From a virus, in UHGV virus genome UHGV-1351772: a stretch of DNA of 64,000 nucleotides; one strand, given 5' to 3'. A program made the position numbers and the translations under genes. The notes under the pieces were generated by a model that saw only the letters and a list, made by a program, of their open reading frames with translations, did not search any database and was not told where the DNA came from. This document shows positions 17,928 through 27,408 of this stretch, piece by piece (the first letter of the stretch is position 1; every line of letters begins with the position of its first letter).

Positions 17928-19202
17928 TTAAATTGCAAAATAGTCTTCCACGATTTTATCGGTAGACTGGTAACTTACACTGCCTGCAGCAATCACGTAA
18001 TTACGTTTCTCGGTGGTTAGTAGCGCCTGAATCGCATTTACGCCCGCATAGGTGTAAAGTTTAAGTTCAGTCATTTCTGGCGTGATGTTTTTCGCTTTGT
18101 CCCATTTTGCATCTAATCCTTTAAATAGCGTTAATAGACGAGTGCCATACGTTTTGAAACTGACACCGGGTTCAACCCGAAGGTTAGCCATAAGGTTCTG
18201 GATAACGGTGGTTGCGATCTGAGTCCCTTGCCCCGGTTGGAGTTTATCCAGATAGTATTCCGTTGAATCCAGATTACCTGTCGCTGCTGCCTGAATCATC
18301 AGCTCGCCGTACAGTACCTCTTTCGCTTGTGCATCAGTAATCGCTTGAAGCATCGGTTCGATTTTAGCCGGTAAACCATAACTGTTCAGTTTAGTAGACA
18401 GGCCATAAATCAGCGCTGAAGAGGTATTAATGTCTAACGTGGAGAAACTGTTGCTGCCTTTAAAGCTGTTAATCAGGTTATCGATGGCTAGGAAGTCGTC
18501 TAAGTCTTTGTAGCTGTCGAAAGTATGCTGTACGTCATCAACGATCGAGGTGATTTGATAACGCATACTGTTGACTTCGGACATAAAGCCGTTGACTTCT
18601 TGACTAACTTCCGAGGGGAGTTTAGCCAGTTGCCCAGCAATGTTCATCGTCCCTTCGAGACGTTTTTTCACTGAGTTAAAGTCGGTGCCGATACCTGATA
18701 AAACAGAGTCGGTTAAGCTGCCGATGCTGTCCCACCCTTTATTTAACAGTTTCCCCATCCCACCCGGACTTAGGTAGTCTAGCGCTTTTAGACCATCTTC
18801 ATCCTTTTTCTTAAAAGGTTCAGAAACGTCACGCTTTTGTGGATCGAGGACAGGAAGTGTTTCTTTGGTATTAGATGCAAACCCGGGAACTTTTTGTCCC
18901 GGAGATACACCGGAAGCCGAACTCCCAGCAGTCTTACTTCCGCCAACACTGGCGGTATCACTACCGCCAAAAAGGTTACCAATTTTGCTGGTCAGTTCGT
19001 TACCACCGCCAATCAGTTTGTTGAATGTTTCACCCGCACGTTCTGACAATCGGTTGACGCTATCGACCGTGCTTTTAATACCACGCTCCGCATTCTCCAC
19101 CGTCGATTGTACGCGGTTTGCGGCGTTCTTTGCCGTATTAACGGAATTATCGATTGCTGACTGACCTTTATTTATCTGACTGGTTATTTGGTCGATTTTC
19201 AT
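17928..19202 (-). CDS. Hypothetical protein, ~424 aa (Ser/Gly/Thr-rich N-terminal region)
   Basis: Start placed at ATG 19202 (GGAGA SD; MKIDQITSQ...); ORF track start 19229 is a non-ATG codon further upstream. Confidence 0.55.
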   Translation of the reverse strand: MKIDQITSQINKGQSAIDNSVNTAKNAANRVQSTVENAERGIKSTVDSVNRLSERAGETFNKLIGGGNELTSKIGNLFGGSDTASVGGSKTAGSSASGVSPGQKVPGFASNTKETLPVLDPQKRDVSEPFKKKDEDGLKALDYLSPGGMGKLLNKGWDSIGSLTDSVLSGIGTDFNSVKKRLEGTMNIAGQLAKLPSEVSQEVNGFMSEVNSMRYQITSIVDDVQHTFDSYKDLDDFLAIDNLINSFKGSNSFSTLDINTSSALIYGLSTKLNSYGLPAKIEPMLQAITDAQAKEVLYGELMIQAAATGNLDSTEYYLDKLQPGQGTQIATTVIQNLMANLRVEPGVSFKTYGTRLLTLFKGLDAKWDKAKNITPEMTELKLYTYAGVNAIQALLTTEKRNYVIAAGSVSYQSTDKIVEDYFAI

Positions 19203-20010
19203 TCTGGTCTCCAATTTGGTATTCGTCAAGGTTTACCGTGACCTGAACTTCGTAGATTTTATTGTCTTTCTGACGCCTTAAGGTCAGAAGGATTTCGAAA
19301 CTACGAACATCAATTGCCTTGAGTACCCTCATAAACCATTTCCAGGAAAACTTCTTTTTTAACCTTAGATTGTGCTGCATGTTGTGCCGCAAATCATTTC
19401 GTTTCGACGGTGTCTGCTCACAGTTAGCAGGATCGTTAACGAAGTTTGTGGAAAGACGGTACCACCAATCCGCATTCATTTTCATGTTTGCGAAGATAGT
19501 CCAAGTTAGCCGAGATAACGGATGCACCATCATCTTTGCGGTCTCACCACAGTTCTGGAAATAACGGTTCAATTGCGCAGTTGCAGACTCTTTAGGTCGT
19601 TCGTCGTTATCTTCGAACAAATCCCGAGCGAGATCTTCACGCACGCGTGTGGTAATTTCAGATACGGTTTTTGTTTTGAAGTGTCCTCGGTAAGTGGTTA
19701 CACAAATCCGCAGTGTCTCCACTCCGGTAATCACCAACCCTTCTGTAAAACCTCGCCAGGTAAGATCGACAGGTAGTGCAGGAATGTTACCTGAACTCAG
19801 CTTCGTGGAGATACGTTGTATTCGATCGTCCATCGTTGCTTTTGAACGTGTTTTAAATTCCGGAGACAGAATATGTTTGGCGACGGCGAGTTTATAATCC
19901 GAAGGCTTCCATCCGATCAATTCTTTATAATTCCAATATAGTGTTTGAAGTGGTCCGCCTGCACGTTCGTCTTCAGCGTCCACGACCACACTTACTTTTT
20001 TGCTATCCAT
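19168..20010 (-). CDS. Hypothetical protein, ~280 aa
   Basis: ATG 20010 with AAGGTGA SD; 3' end overlaps next gene start by ~35 nt. Confidence 0.55.
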   Translation of the reverse strand: MDSKKVSVVVDAEDERAGGPLQTLYWNYKELIGWKPSDYKLAVAKHILSPEFKTRSKATMDDRIQRISTKLSSGNIPALPVDLTWRGFTEGLVITGVETLRICVTTYRGHFKTKTVSEITTRVREDLARDLFEDNDERPKESATAQLNRYFQNCGETAKMMVHPLSRLTWTIFANMKMNADWWYRLSTNFVNDPANCEQTPSKRNDLRHNMQHNLRLKKKFSWKWFMRVLKAIDVRSFEILLTLRRQKDNKIYEVQVTVNLDEYQIGDQNENRPNNQSDK

Positions 20011-20043
20011 CACATCACCTTGTTACAAGGGGTTACTGGTTTA

Positions 20044-20592
20044 TTAAATAGGACGTTCTAAAAGGTAGTGTTCAATCAACGTTTCCAACTCCCGGAATAA
20101 ATGCGCAGTTTGATTTACCAGCGCTTTGTCTTCGTCGGACTCCGGTTTAAGGAACGCCGATTCATAGGGTTGAATTAGCGCGAGTAATTTACCCAGCTTA
20201 TAAGCGGCAACCTCAGGACTGGACGTCCCAAAATAAGTGTCTAGCCATCGGTATTCCGCCAAGTCGTTTCGTTTATTTAAAGCGTCAGGTAATGGCAGCC
20301 ATTCGATTGAACTCCTGTTAATTGCTCGTTGGTATTCATTAATGAGAAATGCCAAACGTTGATAAACGAGGTCAATGTTATTGATACGCAATTCGAGGAA
20401 ACCGCGAAGGCTGGGACGAAAGGGTTCTTCATTTATGTTTAAAGGCAACGTAAGCAATTGTAAGCCGGTAAAGACTCTGACATAGGGGTTGTGGGTGTTC
20501 TTATGGAACTCCTGCTTCAGAGACTCTCTGAGGGCTTTTAAACGATTATTCTCTAACCGTTGTTTAAAACGAGTTATTATTCCTGTTAACAT
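20044..20592 (-). CDS. Hypothetical protein, 182 aa
   Basis: ATG 20592 with AGGAG SD; first gene leftward of a 72-bp divergent intergenic region. Confidence 0.6.
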   Translation of the reverse strand: MLTGIITRFKQRLENNRLKALRESLKQEFHKNTHNPYVRVFTGLQLLTLPLNINEEPFRPSLRGFLELRINNIDLVYQRLAFLINEYQRAINRSSIEWLPLPDALNKRNDLAEYRWLDTYFGTSSPEVAAYKLGKLLALIQPYESAFLKPESDEDKALVNQTAHLFRELETLIEHYLLERPI

Positions 20593-20620
20593 AATTCACT
20601 CCTAAAGAATGTCTCACGTA

Positions 20621-20630
20621 GATAATATCT
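20621..20630. promoter_or_regulatory. GATAATATCT element in divergent intergenic region (candidate -10-like promoter element)
   Basis: Exact 10-mer also at 29737 and 39226; lies 29-38 nt upstream of minus-strand ATG 20592 and 34-43 nt upstream of plus-strand ATG 20664. Confidence 0.35.
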
Positions 20631-20663
20631 GTCTGACTTCTTTTTGAAATTGAGGTAGTAAGA

Positions 20664-21128
20664 ATGGCTGACGAAGAAGTGAAATATCAGGCGTTTGATG
20701 GAGATGTGGACGACGAAGAATCGCTTCTCCGCCAAACGCAACAAGCCCGTGTACGGATTGTGAATCTCATCTTAGACGATCCACAAGCACACAAAGACTT
20801 GAAAACGGTAGACCGATTAGGGTCTTTGCTTAACGACGTTGACAAACAAATCATTTCCAAACGTCGCGTCGCTGCTGCACAGAAAAACAGCGAAGCTAAC
20901 CAAGATTTGGCGAATGCACTTAATAGCATCCTCATGCAACGTGGTAATATCAAAATACGTCGTCACGATGAGGAAGTCGAAGAAACCCAGGGCTACCAGC
21001 CCCCCGTTCCTGTTATTCCGGATGTTGAAGTAACAGAAGGGGAGCTGGCACCAGTAGGCGAACAAATCGATGTTAGGTCCATTATGACGGCGGCGTTTGC
21101 ACGTCCTGAGCAGGGCGAGCAAGACTAA
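20664..21128 (+). CDS. Acidic hypothetical protein, 154 aa (plus-strand gene embedded in minus-strand array)
   Basis: GAGGTAG SD; N-terminus MADEEVKYQAFDGDVDDEESLL and acidic C-terminus; 3' end overlaps convergent gene 21082-21804 by 47 nt. Confidence 0.6.
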   Translation: MADEEVKYQAFDGDVDDEESLLRQTQQARVRIVNLILDDPQAHKDLKTVDRLGSLLNDVDKQIISKRRVAAAQKNSEANQDLANALNSILMQRGNIKIRRHDEEVEETQGYQPPVPVIPDVEVTEGELAPVGEQIDVRSIMTAAFARPEQGEQD

Positions 21129-21804
21129 ATAAAGCGGCATCTCGTGGGTCGACACCGACCCACTCTGCCATAAACCGGATATGTTCCTTAAACGGGTTAA
21201 CCCCGTCTTGTTTGATTTGTTCAACCAATTCCCCGGTCAGTTCTGGTGTGAGCATGGCAGGGTGTGTGATGGTAAAGCTCGGAATCGGTTTTTTCAAGTG
21301 CGTAGCATTAAGCTTAATCCACTCGAACCAATCGTACATTATCCAGCAATCCCACGCCAACGACAATCTCCCCGGTGTGAGATCTTCTAACGACCAAGAC
21401 ACTAATTCAACTTGTACGTTATTGTAGTACATCCGAAACAGATTCAAAAAGGCTTGAAGTTCTTCGCCCGTTAAATCCGTATAAGGCCACGTATTGATGG
21501 TCAGAGTGGGTTTTTCAATTGGCGAATGCATTTCGATTTCAAGCAACATACACTCGAATTCGTTTTTCATTGTTGCCAATAATTCAGTAGGCTGCGCATT
21601 AATCAACGCGCGCTTATCCCGCTTCCGCCACACTTCATCCCATTTTTCAAATCCAAGTACGCCAGCCCAAGCTTCTGTATAGCGACGACGATAAACGTCG
21701 TAGTCTAGCAATGTTAAGCTTTCAGGCTTAACGGCTTTTACCCAACCTAAACGCGTATCAAATAACGTATCAATATCGATTAAGAAACGCCGAGATAATC
21801 TCAT
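21082..21804 (-). CDS. Hypothetical protein, 240 aa
   Basis: ATGA coupling with upstream gene. Confidence 0.55.
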   Translation of the reverse strand: MRLSRRFLIDIDTLFDTRLGWVKAVKPESLTLLDYDVYRRRYTEAWAGVLGFEKWDEVWRKRDKRALINAQPTELLATMKNEFECMLLEIEMHSPIEKPTLTINTWPYTDLTGEELQAFLNLFRMYYNNVQVELVSWSLEDLTPGRLSLAWDCWIMYDWFEWIKLNATHLKKPIPSFTITHPAMLTPELTGELVEQIKQDGVNPFKEHIRFMAEWVGVDPRDAALFSLARPAQDVQTPPS

Positions 21805-22469
21805 GACGGATGGCCTATGTTGTTACCGATATGCATCGCTTTTAGGTACGCCGACCACGTACGCGTTGCTTTAGAACTCGTTCGCTCCGCCCCAGGCAAA
21901 TCAATACGCCCTTTACCGGTTTGGCGTAGCGACTGATAGAAAGCACGTTGTAATGCGTCGTTACCACCACGCGCCCACAAGAACTCTTTCAGCGTCCAGT
22001 CGTGACCATCGGAATACATGATGTATGCTTCTGGGAAGGACACCCCAGATGCTTTGGAAGGACCAACGACTTGACCGGAGAGCTTATCGCGGACTTTGTC
22101 GTTTTTCGCAACCGCCATTTTCTTTTCTTGCATCTGTGTCTGACGACGGACAGGCAAGCGTAAGACTAAGTGAGGGTAACGAGTACGGTGATAGACACCC
22201 GTTTTTGGTTCTGTTAACCAGAGTCGTTGCTCCAGGTTTACCCCGAGAATTTTGCACACCTCGATATTGCGCAGGTGGTCAATTTCGACTTTACTTCCCA
22301 CCGGGTTGTAAATAGGTAAACCGTTACGAAGTCGATTAAACTGTTCGTCGGTCATTCGTGCGAAGGCTTTCTTCGCGGCTTCAGCATTAATGCCAGAAGG
22401 GTCTACCAACTTTAAGATTTGTAAGGCGTAGGCTTCCGCCTTTTTACGCCGTGCTGGTTCGAGTTTCAT
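21801..22469 (-). CDS. Hypothetical protein, 222 aa
   Basis: ATG 22469 with AAGGCGG SD. Confidence 0.55.
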   Translation of the reverse strand: MKLEPARRKKAEAYALQILKLVDPSGINAEAAKKAFARMTDEQFNRLRNGLPIYNPVGSKVEIDHLRNIEVCKILGVNLEQRLWLTEPKTGVYHRTRYPHLVLRLPVRRQTQMQEKKMAVAKNDKVRDKLSGQVVGPSKASGVSFPEAYIMYSDGHDWTLKEFLWARGGNDALQRAFYQSLRQTGKGRIDLPGAERTSSKATRTWSAYLKAMHIGNNIGHPS

Positions 22470-22743
22470 TGTCTACCGCCTTACGTAAATTGGATAACGT
22501 TTCTGCTTCAAGCAGGTCAATCCAGTAGCTGATAGCTTCCGTGTTTTCAGGAAGTTCGGAACGTACTGGCGCATACCCGTAACGTACTAATAGATTCGAG
22601 TAATACTCAGCGACCTTTAAACAAAAAGATTCCAGATCGGGAAACGGAAGAGTGAAGGCTTCACGAAATTCGGCCGCTGTTTCTAAATTAACACTTGCCA
22701 ATCCTTCACTTAAGCGTTCCACAATCTCCGTTTGATAACGCAT
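22444..22743 (-). CDS. Hypothetical protein, 99 aa
   Basis: ATG 22743 with AAGGAG SD. Confidence 0.55.
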   Translation of the reverse strand: MRYQTEIVERLSEGLASVNLETAAEFREAFTLPFPDLESFCLKVAEYYSNLLVRYGYAPVRSELPENTEAISYWIDLLEAETLSNLRKAVDNETRTSTA

Positions 22744-22754
22744 GATGACTCCTT

Positions 22755-22783
22755 AGGTCGGGTAGGGTTTACCCTACCCGAGC
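22755..22783. other. GC-rich hairpin GGTCGGGTAGGG-TTTA-CCCTACCCGAGCC
   Basis: 12-bp stem between two minus-strand genes; T-rich tract follows on the plus strand only (TATTTATTTCTTTTT), so it looks like a plus-orientation terminator inside a minus-strand array. Confidence 0.5.
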
Positions 22784-22787
22784 CTAT

Positions 22788-24284
22788 TTATTTCTTTTTC
22801 GTCAGGAACTTCGGTTCTAGTCCATCGACAGCCATACCCAGAATGGTACGTGCAGTCAGTGTACGTTTACCACCTTTGGTTTCCTGGTCTTTAAACATCC
22901 AGTATTCTACCGTGTTGTCCAGAATTTCATTCCAGTCCCACTTCTCGTCAATCATTTTGTAAATCTCACCCATGCTGAGATGATACTTCATTTCAAGACG
23001 ATGGTAGTTGTTTTGCATATAAGCAATTGCCGCCGTGATCTCTAAAGCGCGACGTAAGCGTGCGTTATCAGAAATCATATCACGGATTGTCGTGCGTTGG
23101 AATTTCACACCAGGTAGAATGTCCAGTTCTTTGATGGAGCCGCCACTACCGCTTGACGTAAAACCAAAGTCTGACTTCTTCAGCGTGTCACTTAAATAGT
23201 GCCACAGGCTCAGGTGATATAACAGACCCATTTCCTGAGAGAAGATCATCTGGAATTTCACACCAGTGTGACCACCCTTCGCACGATACTGAGTAAAGGT
23301 GATAATCTTCAAGTCGTTTACCGAAGCATTCATCGCTTTAGAACGTGACGTCGGATAAAGTTCTTCGTTAACACCGGTCTGCGCGTTATAGCTCTGGTCT
23401 TTTTTCAGCTCCCCTGATTTCGTCGCGACGATAAAAGAGTTTGTTAAAAAGCTAAGCTGACGGCGAGGAATACCTGCGAATTTTAAATCGTCGTTGGCAT
23501 CGTCAAGAATTTTCGCATTTGCTTTTTGTGCCTGACGGCCACCTGCCATCGCTTTCCCAGAGTCATCGGCCATCTGTGCCACGAAGCCCATGTAAAAACC
23601 ACCACGTGCAAACGCAGACGGCCAGCGGCTCATCATATTCGATTTTTGCAGCGCATCGTGGGCGTTCAGGATGTTCTGATCAGAATCCCCAATATCCGTT
23701 TTTGCGTGCTTGTCTTCCAGCGAACTGGAATGCCACTCTGACAGGGAGTCGATAGAATAAAGCCAGGGGTCCAGGATTTCTTTTAACTTACGACGAACCG
23801 GATCGGGGAACGGTGTTACGCGGGTTTTACCAGACATATACTGTTTGAAGCGTTTTTCAACTTCATCACGAATATAATCACTGTAATACTGTTCCCCAGG
23901 CATTACGTCAGAACCGACCAGGTTATAACGACCTTCGTGGATAAGTTCCAGTACGGATGTTCCGTCGTCGATACCGTTGGCGTTCATGGCAGAGATGTAC
24001 CCAGTTTCTAAACGATCGAGGGCAGCTGACACTTCTGTATCGTACTTAGAACCCCACTCTGCTTTATAACGTTGCAGGATTTGGAAAATACAGAAATCTA
24101 ACAAGGTGGATTTAAAAGTGTTACCGCGCCCTGCGAAACCCATGATGTGGGCAAAACCACCGTTAAGGTAGTACAAACCATCTTCACCTTTTTCGTAGTT
24201 ACCTAAGGCATGATCCATGATGGTGTAAACGTTAAAACGTGGACGAATTACTTCACCGATAACTTGCTTAGTTGGGCCTGCCAT
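22788..24284 (-). CDS. Hypothetical protein, 498 aa
   Basis: ATG 24284 with GGAG SD; GRGNTFKST is not a canonical Walker A; no confident assignment. Confidence 0.65.
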   Translation of the reverse strand: MAGPTKQVIGEVIRPRFNVYTIMDHALGNYEKGEDGLYYLNGGFAHIMGFAGRGNTFKSTLLDFCIFQILQRYKAEWGSKYDTEVSAALDRLETGYISAMNANGIDDGTSVLELIHEGRYNLVGSDVMPGEQYYSDYIRDEVEKRFKQYMSGKTRVTPFPDPVRRKLKEILDPWLYSIDSLSEWHSSSLEDKHAKTDIGDSDQNILNAHDALQKSNMMSRWPSAFARGGFYMGFVAQMADDSGKAMAGGRQAQKANAKILDDANDDLKFAGIPRRQLSFLTNSFIVATKSGELKKDQSYNAQTGVNEELYPTSRSKAMNASVNDLKIITFTQYRAKGGHTGVKFQMIFSQEMGLLYHLSLWHYLSDTLKKSDFGFTSSGSGGSIKELDILPGVKFQRTTIRDMISDNARLRRALEITAAIAYMQNNYHRLEMKYHLSMGEIYKMIDEKWDWNEILDNTVEYWMFKDQETKGGKRTLTARTILGMAVDGLEPKFLTKKK

Positions 24285-24299
24285 TTAGCGCTCCGATAA

Positions 24300-24599
24300 T
24301 TAACGATTCTTGGTCGGAAGAAGAAGACGGCGGTTGTGCCAGAATTCAAAGTAGGTCTCTACCCACTCAGTAACTTCTTCCGCATTTTCAGGATAAGGGT
24401 TTTCAATAGACTCGAAACGGCGTTTATTACGCTCGTCAATTTCCAGTTCCATAACACGTTTACCGCTCGGGCACGACGTTACGCTCAAGACTTTTCCAAC
24501 TTGAATAGGTTTACCGTTCTGACCTTTTTTAACAGGGGTCAGATAAATTTCCGGTTCTAAACGCGGTGTGGTGTTTCGAGTCAGTAATTTGATTTTCAT
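24300..24599 (-). CDS. Hypothetical protein, 99 aa
   Basis: ATG 24599 with AAAGG SD. Confidence 0.55.
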   Translation of the reverse strand: MKIKLLTRNTTPRLEPEIYLTPVKKGQNGKPIQVGKVLSVTSCPSGKRVMELEIDERNKRRFESIENPYPENAEEVTEWVETYFEFWHNRRLLLPTKNR

Positions 24600-24697
24600 C
24601 GAGCTTTACCTTTATGGAAGAGTCTCGGTCATAAGGTTTGGGTGAACTGTAAAAAGACTTTACTATGTAACCCTGACTTATAATCCGAGGTTTTAGA

Positions 24698-25486
24698 ATG
24701 AATGTAAATCCACTTGCAGCGTTATCTAGCTTCGCCGCTAAAGCGTCTGCAATCTTACCGAAAGGGTTTAGTGGCCCTCAACAAGAGATTGCATTAACCA
24801 CTTATGACGAGATGTCGGACGTTTCCAAGTGGATGCAACAAGAAAAATTCCTACACTTTGCGGGAATGTTGGTTATCGTTCCACCTGGGTTTAATACCTA
24901 CGTGATGGATCACTTGAACCGCTTAGAATCTGTATGGAGTTCACTACAAAACATCTATACGGGTATTCTGCTACCGGTCGATAAACAACTTTCGGCCCTT
25001 ACACATGATGTGGGGGTACTGTCATTACCGATTGGTTTCCGTTACAAAAACGTTAATTTACCGTTACGTAATGTTAACCCGAAAGACCTGGTTAACTTAT
25101 TAGCGAAATCGTACACTAATAACGTTATTGACCAGCGACCAATTGAGAAGACGTACCACAGCGCGTCTGAGATTGACGTTGCGTTCAATCGTGCTAAAGC
25201 CCTGAACGTTGAAATTACGAAACGTTTACGGACGAATATCGACAAGTCAATCGAGTCCATTCGCACTACGTCAGAAATCTTGTCCGAACAAAACATTCAT
25301 CCGAATGTAGCAAAAGAACTGACGATGATGTTAGATTTTGCATCCGATTGGGTGGAGCTGTTTGGTCTGTTCATGAAACAGGTTAACGAGTTAATCGAAT
25401 GCCTGAACGTTACTGCCGAACGCTTAAAAGCGCTTAAGGCAAACAAAAATAAAAAAGTAAAGTTACCCCTAGACCGTGTGGTCTAG
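24698..25486 (+). CDS. Hypothetical protein, 262 aa (plus-strand gene embedded in minus array)
   Basis: GAGG SD; TTATAAT -10-like box about 15 nt upstream of the SD; stop codon lies inside terminator hairpin. Confidence 0.6.
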   Translation: MNVNPLAALSSFAAKASAILPKGFSGPQQEIALTTYDEMSDVSKWMQQEKFLHFAGMLVIVPPGFNTYVMDHLNRLESVWSSLQNIYTGILLPVDKQLSALTHDVGVLSLPIGFRYKNVNLPLRNVNPKDLVNLLAKSYTNNVIDQRPIEKTYHSASEIDVAFNRAKALNVEITKRLRTNIDKSIESIRTTSEILSEQNIHPNVAKELTMMLDFASDWVELFGLFMKQVNELIECLNVTAERLKALKANKNKKVKLPLDRVV

Positions 25487-25490
25487 GGGT
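25465..25490. terminator. Hairpin terminator between convergent genes
   Basis: ACCCCTAGACC-GTGT-GGTCTAGGGGT; U-run on minus strand (rc of 25441-25464). Confidence 0.6.
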
Positions 25491-25497
25491 AAACTAT

Positions 25498-26397
25498 TTA
25501 TTTCCCACGATAAAATCCAGAAATGTAACTCGGCGCTATCCATCGCCATTCGCGCCAGCGCATTTCTGACATCTTACCACACCATACACGCTTCCAATGC
25601 GCACGACGGATATGTGCGGCGCAATAAATCGCCAAACAAACCTCGTGTCCTTCCTTGCGTTGCTGTTCTATATCTTCCCATTGTACCGGACTTACATCTA
25701 AAACGACTGCTTCACTACGTGGGCGAATCTCTGTATCGGGAACATAACGAATGGTCCTTCCGCGAAATTCTTTCTTCTCACGTTCAGTACGTTTAATTCG
25801 TGACGAAAGGTATAGTCCGATATAGACAGCGTCGAGTAGTCGTTGATTCTCCTTAACCGAAATAAGGAGCGGCTTTAGCTCGACGAAATCATCTTTACTT
25901 TTATCGATTTTGTAAATCTCAAACTCCATGTATACCGATTCTTCACGTTCTTCGCATGACATCACAAAGAGAACTTCTTCGCCTTCGTAAAGACGTCTTC
26001 CGATAAATAACGTGATTGGACTTTCGTCGAGATTTACAGTAACCGAGAAAGTAAATGAAGGGATGGTTTCTATCCAGAAGTACGGGATGTTTTTTAGTCT
26101 CTCAGTTTTTGCTAAGAGTGCCATCAGTTCTTCATCCGAGATGATTTCAACAGCAGCGTATTGCCATCCTAGTCCCAGGGACTGCTTAATCAGTCTGGGA
26201 ATCTGTTCGGTAACGCCATACTCTCGATAGGTCGGATCTTTAACTGGCATAAACGTTACGGGTATTTGACGTTTATGCTCGTTAATGAACCGAATAAAGC
26301 GGCACTGATCTAATCCGTGAATTGTTTGGTGTGCCTTTTCTATTTGTTCGCTCATGCGTCTTAGCGCTTTCCCGTAAAGTCTATTATTCGTTGTCAT
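25498..26397 (-). CDS. Hypothetical protein, paralog A of a basic Trp-rich C-terminus family
   Basis: Start moved to ATG 26397 (AGGAG SD; MTTNNRLYG...). C-terminus AAHIRRAHWKRVWCGKMSEMRWREWRWIAPSYISGF matches paralog B. Confidence 0.6.
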   Translation of the reverse strand: MTTNNRLYGKALRRMSEQIEKAHQTIHGLDQCRFIRFINEHKRQIPVTFMPVKDPTYREYGVTEQIPRLIKQSLGLGWQYAAVEIISDEELMALLAKTERLKNIPYFWIETIPSFTFSVTVNLDESPITLFIGRRLYEGEEVLFVMSCEEREESVYMEFEIYKIDKSKDDFVELKPLLISVKENQRLLDAVYIGLYLSSRIKRTEREKKEFRGRTIRYVPDTEIRPRSEAVVLDVSPVQWEDIEQQRKEGHEVCLAIYCAAHIRRAHWKRVWCGKMSEMRWREWRWIAPSYISGFYRGK

Positions 26398-26422
26398 TTT
26401 AATACTCCTAAACACTTTTAGC

Positions 26423-27349
26423 TTAATTGTGGGGTACGTAGCCACGGACAAATGTAGGTGGAATCCAACAAAGTTTTCTCTTTCTTTCACCATTTCTAGG
26501 GCCGACCCAATATCTGCGCCAGTGAGCGCGACGGATGTGGGCAGCCTTAGCATGTTTGATACCCTGCATGGTTTTCAAGTCAGTGTTAAACCCTTTTAGA
26601 TAATTCACTTGTCCTGGCGTGATATCTATCTTAACATCGCGTTCACGAGGTTTAACGTCGTAGCTAATACTACCGTTCTTTTTGATTTCTTTGAACTTAA
26701 TATCATTAAAAGACTCCCTGTAATTGGGCGGGATTAGCGTACACAGAAATATCATCGAAGTAGCGGCTTTGGCCAGAGATAACCATAGCATCTTTTCTTG
26801 TTCGTTCTCCACACCGTCGGCATAGTCGATTTCCACAAGCCCGTTTCCTGCGCTACGAAGCTCTAACGAACAAGTGGCAATTGTGGTAACGCCTTCTGTT
26901 AACCCGTAATCAGTATTTGTAGCAATTATAATAAACCTTCTCTTCCCGTTTTTTCGATAGCCGAGAAAGAAAGTCTCATCCTCTTTACCTACGTCGATTG
27001 CTACAGTCCAAGTAGGTATAAAGTCCAACCATTCTTCAGGGAATTTACTGGGCATCTCAGTCTCGAAAACAAGTTCTCTAAGTGCTTGGTTGGATATTAA
27101 GGAAGCACCACCGTATAGCCATCCAATTGCCAATGTTTGAGCGTGAAGGGAACGGGGATCTTTGAGACCTAACTCAGCGTCGTAAGGTATAAAGGCATTG
27201 GTTAAATGGTTACGATTCTTTTTTATCCATTTCGAGACAGGATTTTCCTTTATTCGGTTTTCTTCCATGACATTTTCAAGATGCTGAGACCCCATTTGTC
27301 TAAGGCAGTCTTTAATACCTTTTACTTTTTTACTTTTGTACAAATACAT
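26423..27349 (-). CDS. Hypothetical protein, paralog B of a basic Trp-rich C-terminus family
   Basis: ATG 27349 with AGGAG SD; C-terminus AAHIRRAHWRRYWVGPRNGERKRKLCWIPPTFVRGY; internal similarity to paralog A. Confidence 0.6.
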   Translation of the reverse strand: MYLYKSKKVKGIKDCLRQMGSQHLENVMEENRIKENPVSKWIKKNRNHLTNAFIPYDAELGLKDPRSLHAQTLAIGWLYGGASLISNQALRELVFETEMPSKFPEEWLDFIPTWTVAIDVGKEDETFFLGYRKNGKRRFIIIATNTDYGLTEGVTTIATCSLELRSAGNGLVEIDYADGVENEQEKMLWLSLAKAATSMIFLCTLIPPNYRESFNDIKFKEIKKNGSISYDVKPRERDVKIDITPGQVNYLKGFNTDLKTMQGIKHAKAAHIRRAHWRRYWVGPRNGERKRKLCWIPPTFVRGYVPHN

Positions 27350-27365
27350 GGTTTATTCTCCTAAA

Positions 27366-27402
27366 ATGGTTAAAAATAAAGTAACCCTAGCCGAAGCTAG
27401 GG
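27366..27402 (-). terminator. Rho-independent terminator (minus strand)
   Basis: CCCTAGC-CGAA-GCTAGGG hairpin with U-run on minus strand. Confidence 0.55.
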
Positions 27403-27408
27403 TGTCTA

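Noticed and set aside
22788-24284. P-loop NTPase call for the 498-aa protein based on GRGNTFKST
   Set aside because: The segment does not fit the Walker A pattern G-x4-G-K-[ST] and no Walker B follows; left as hypothetical.
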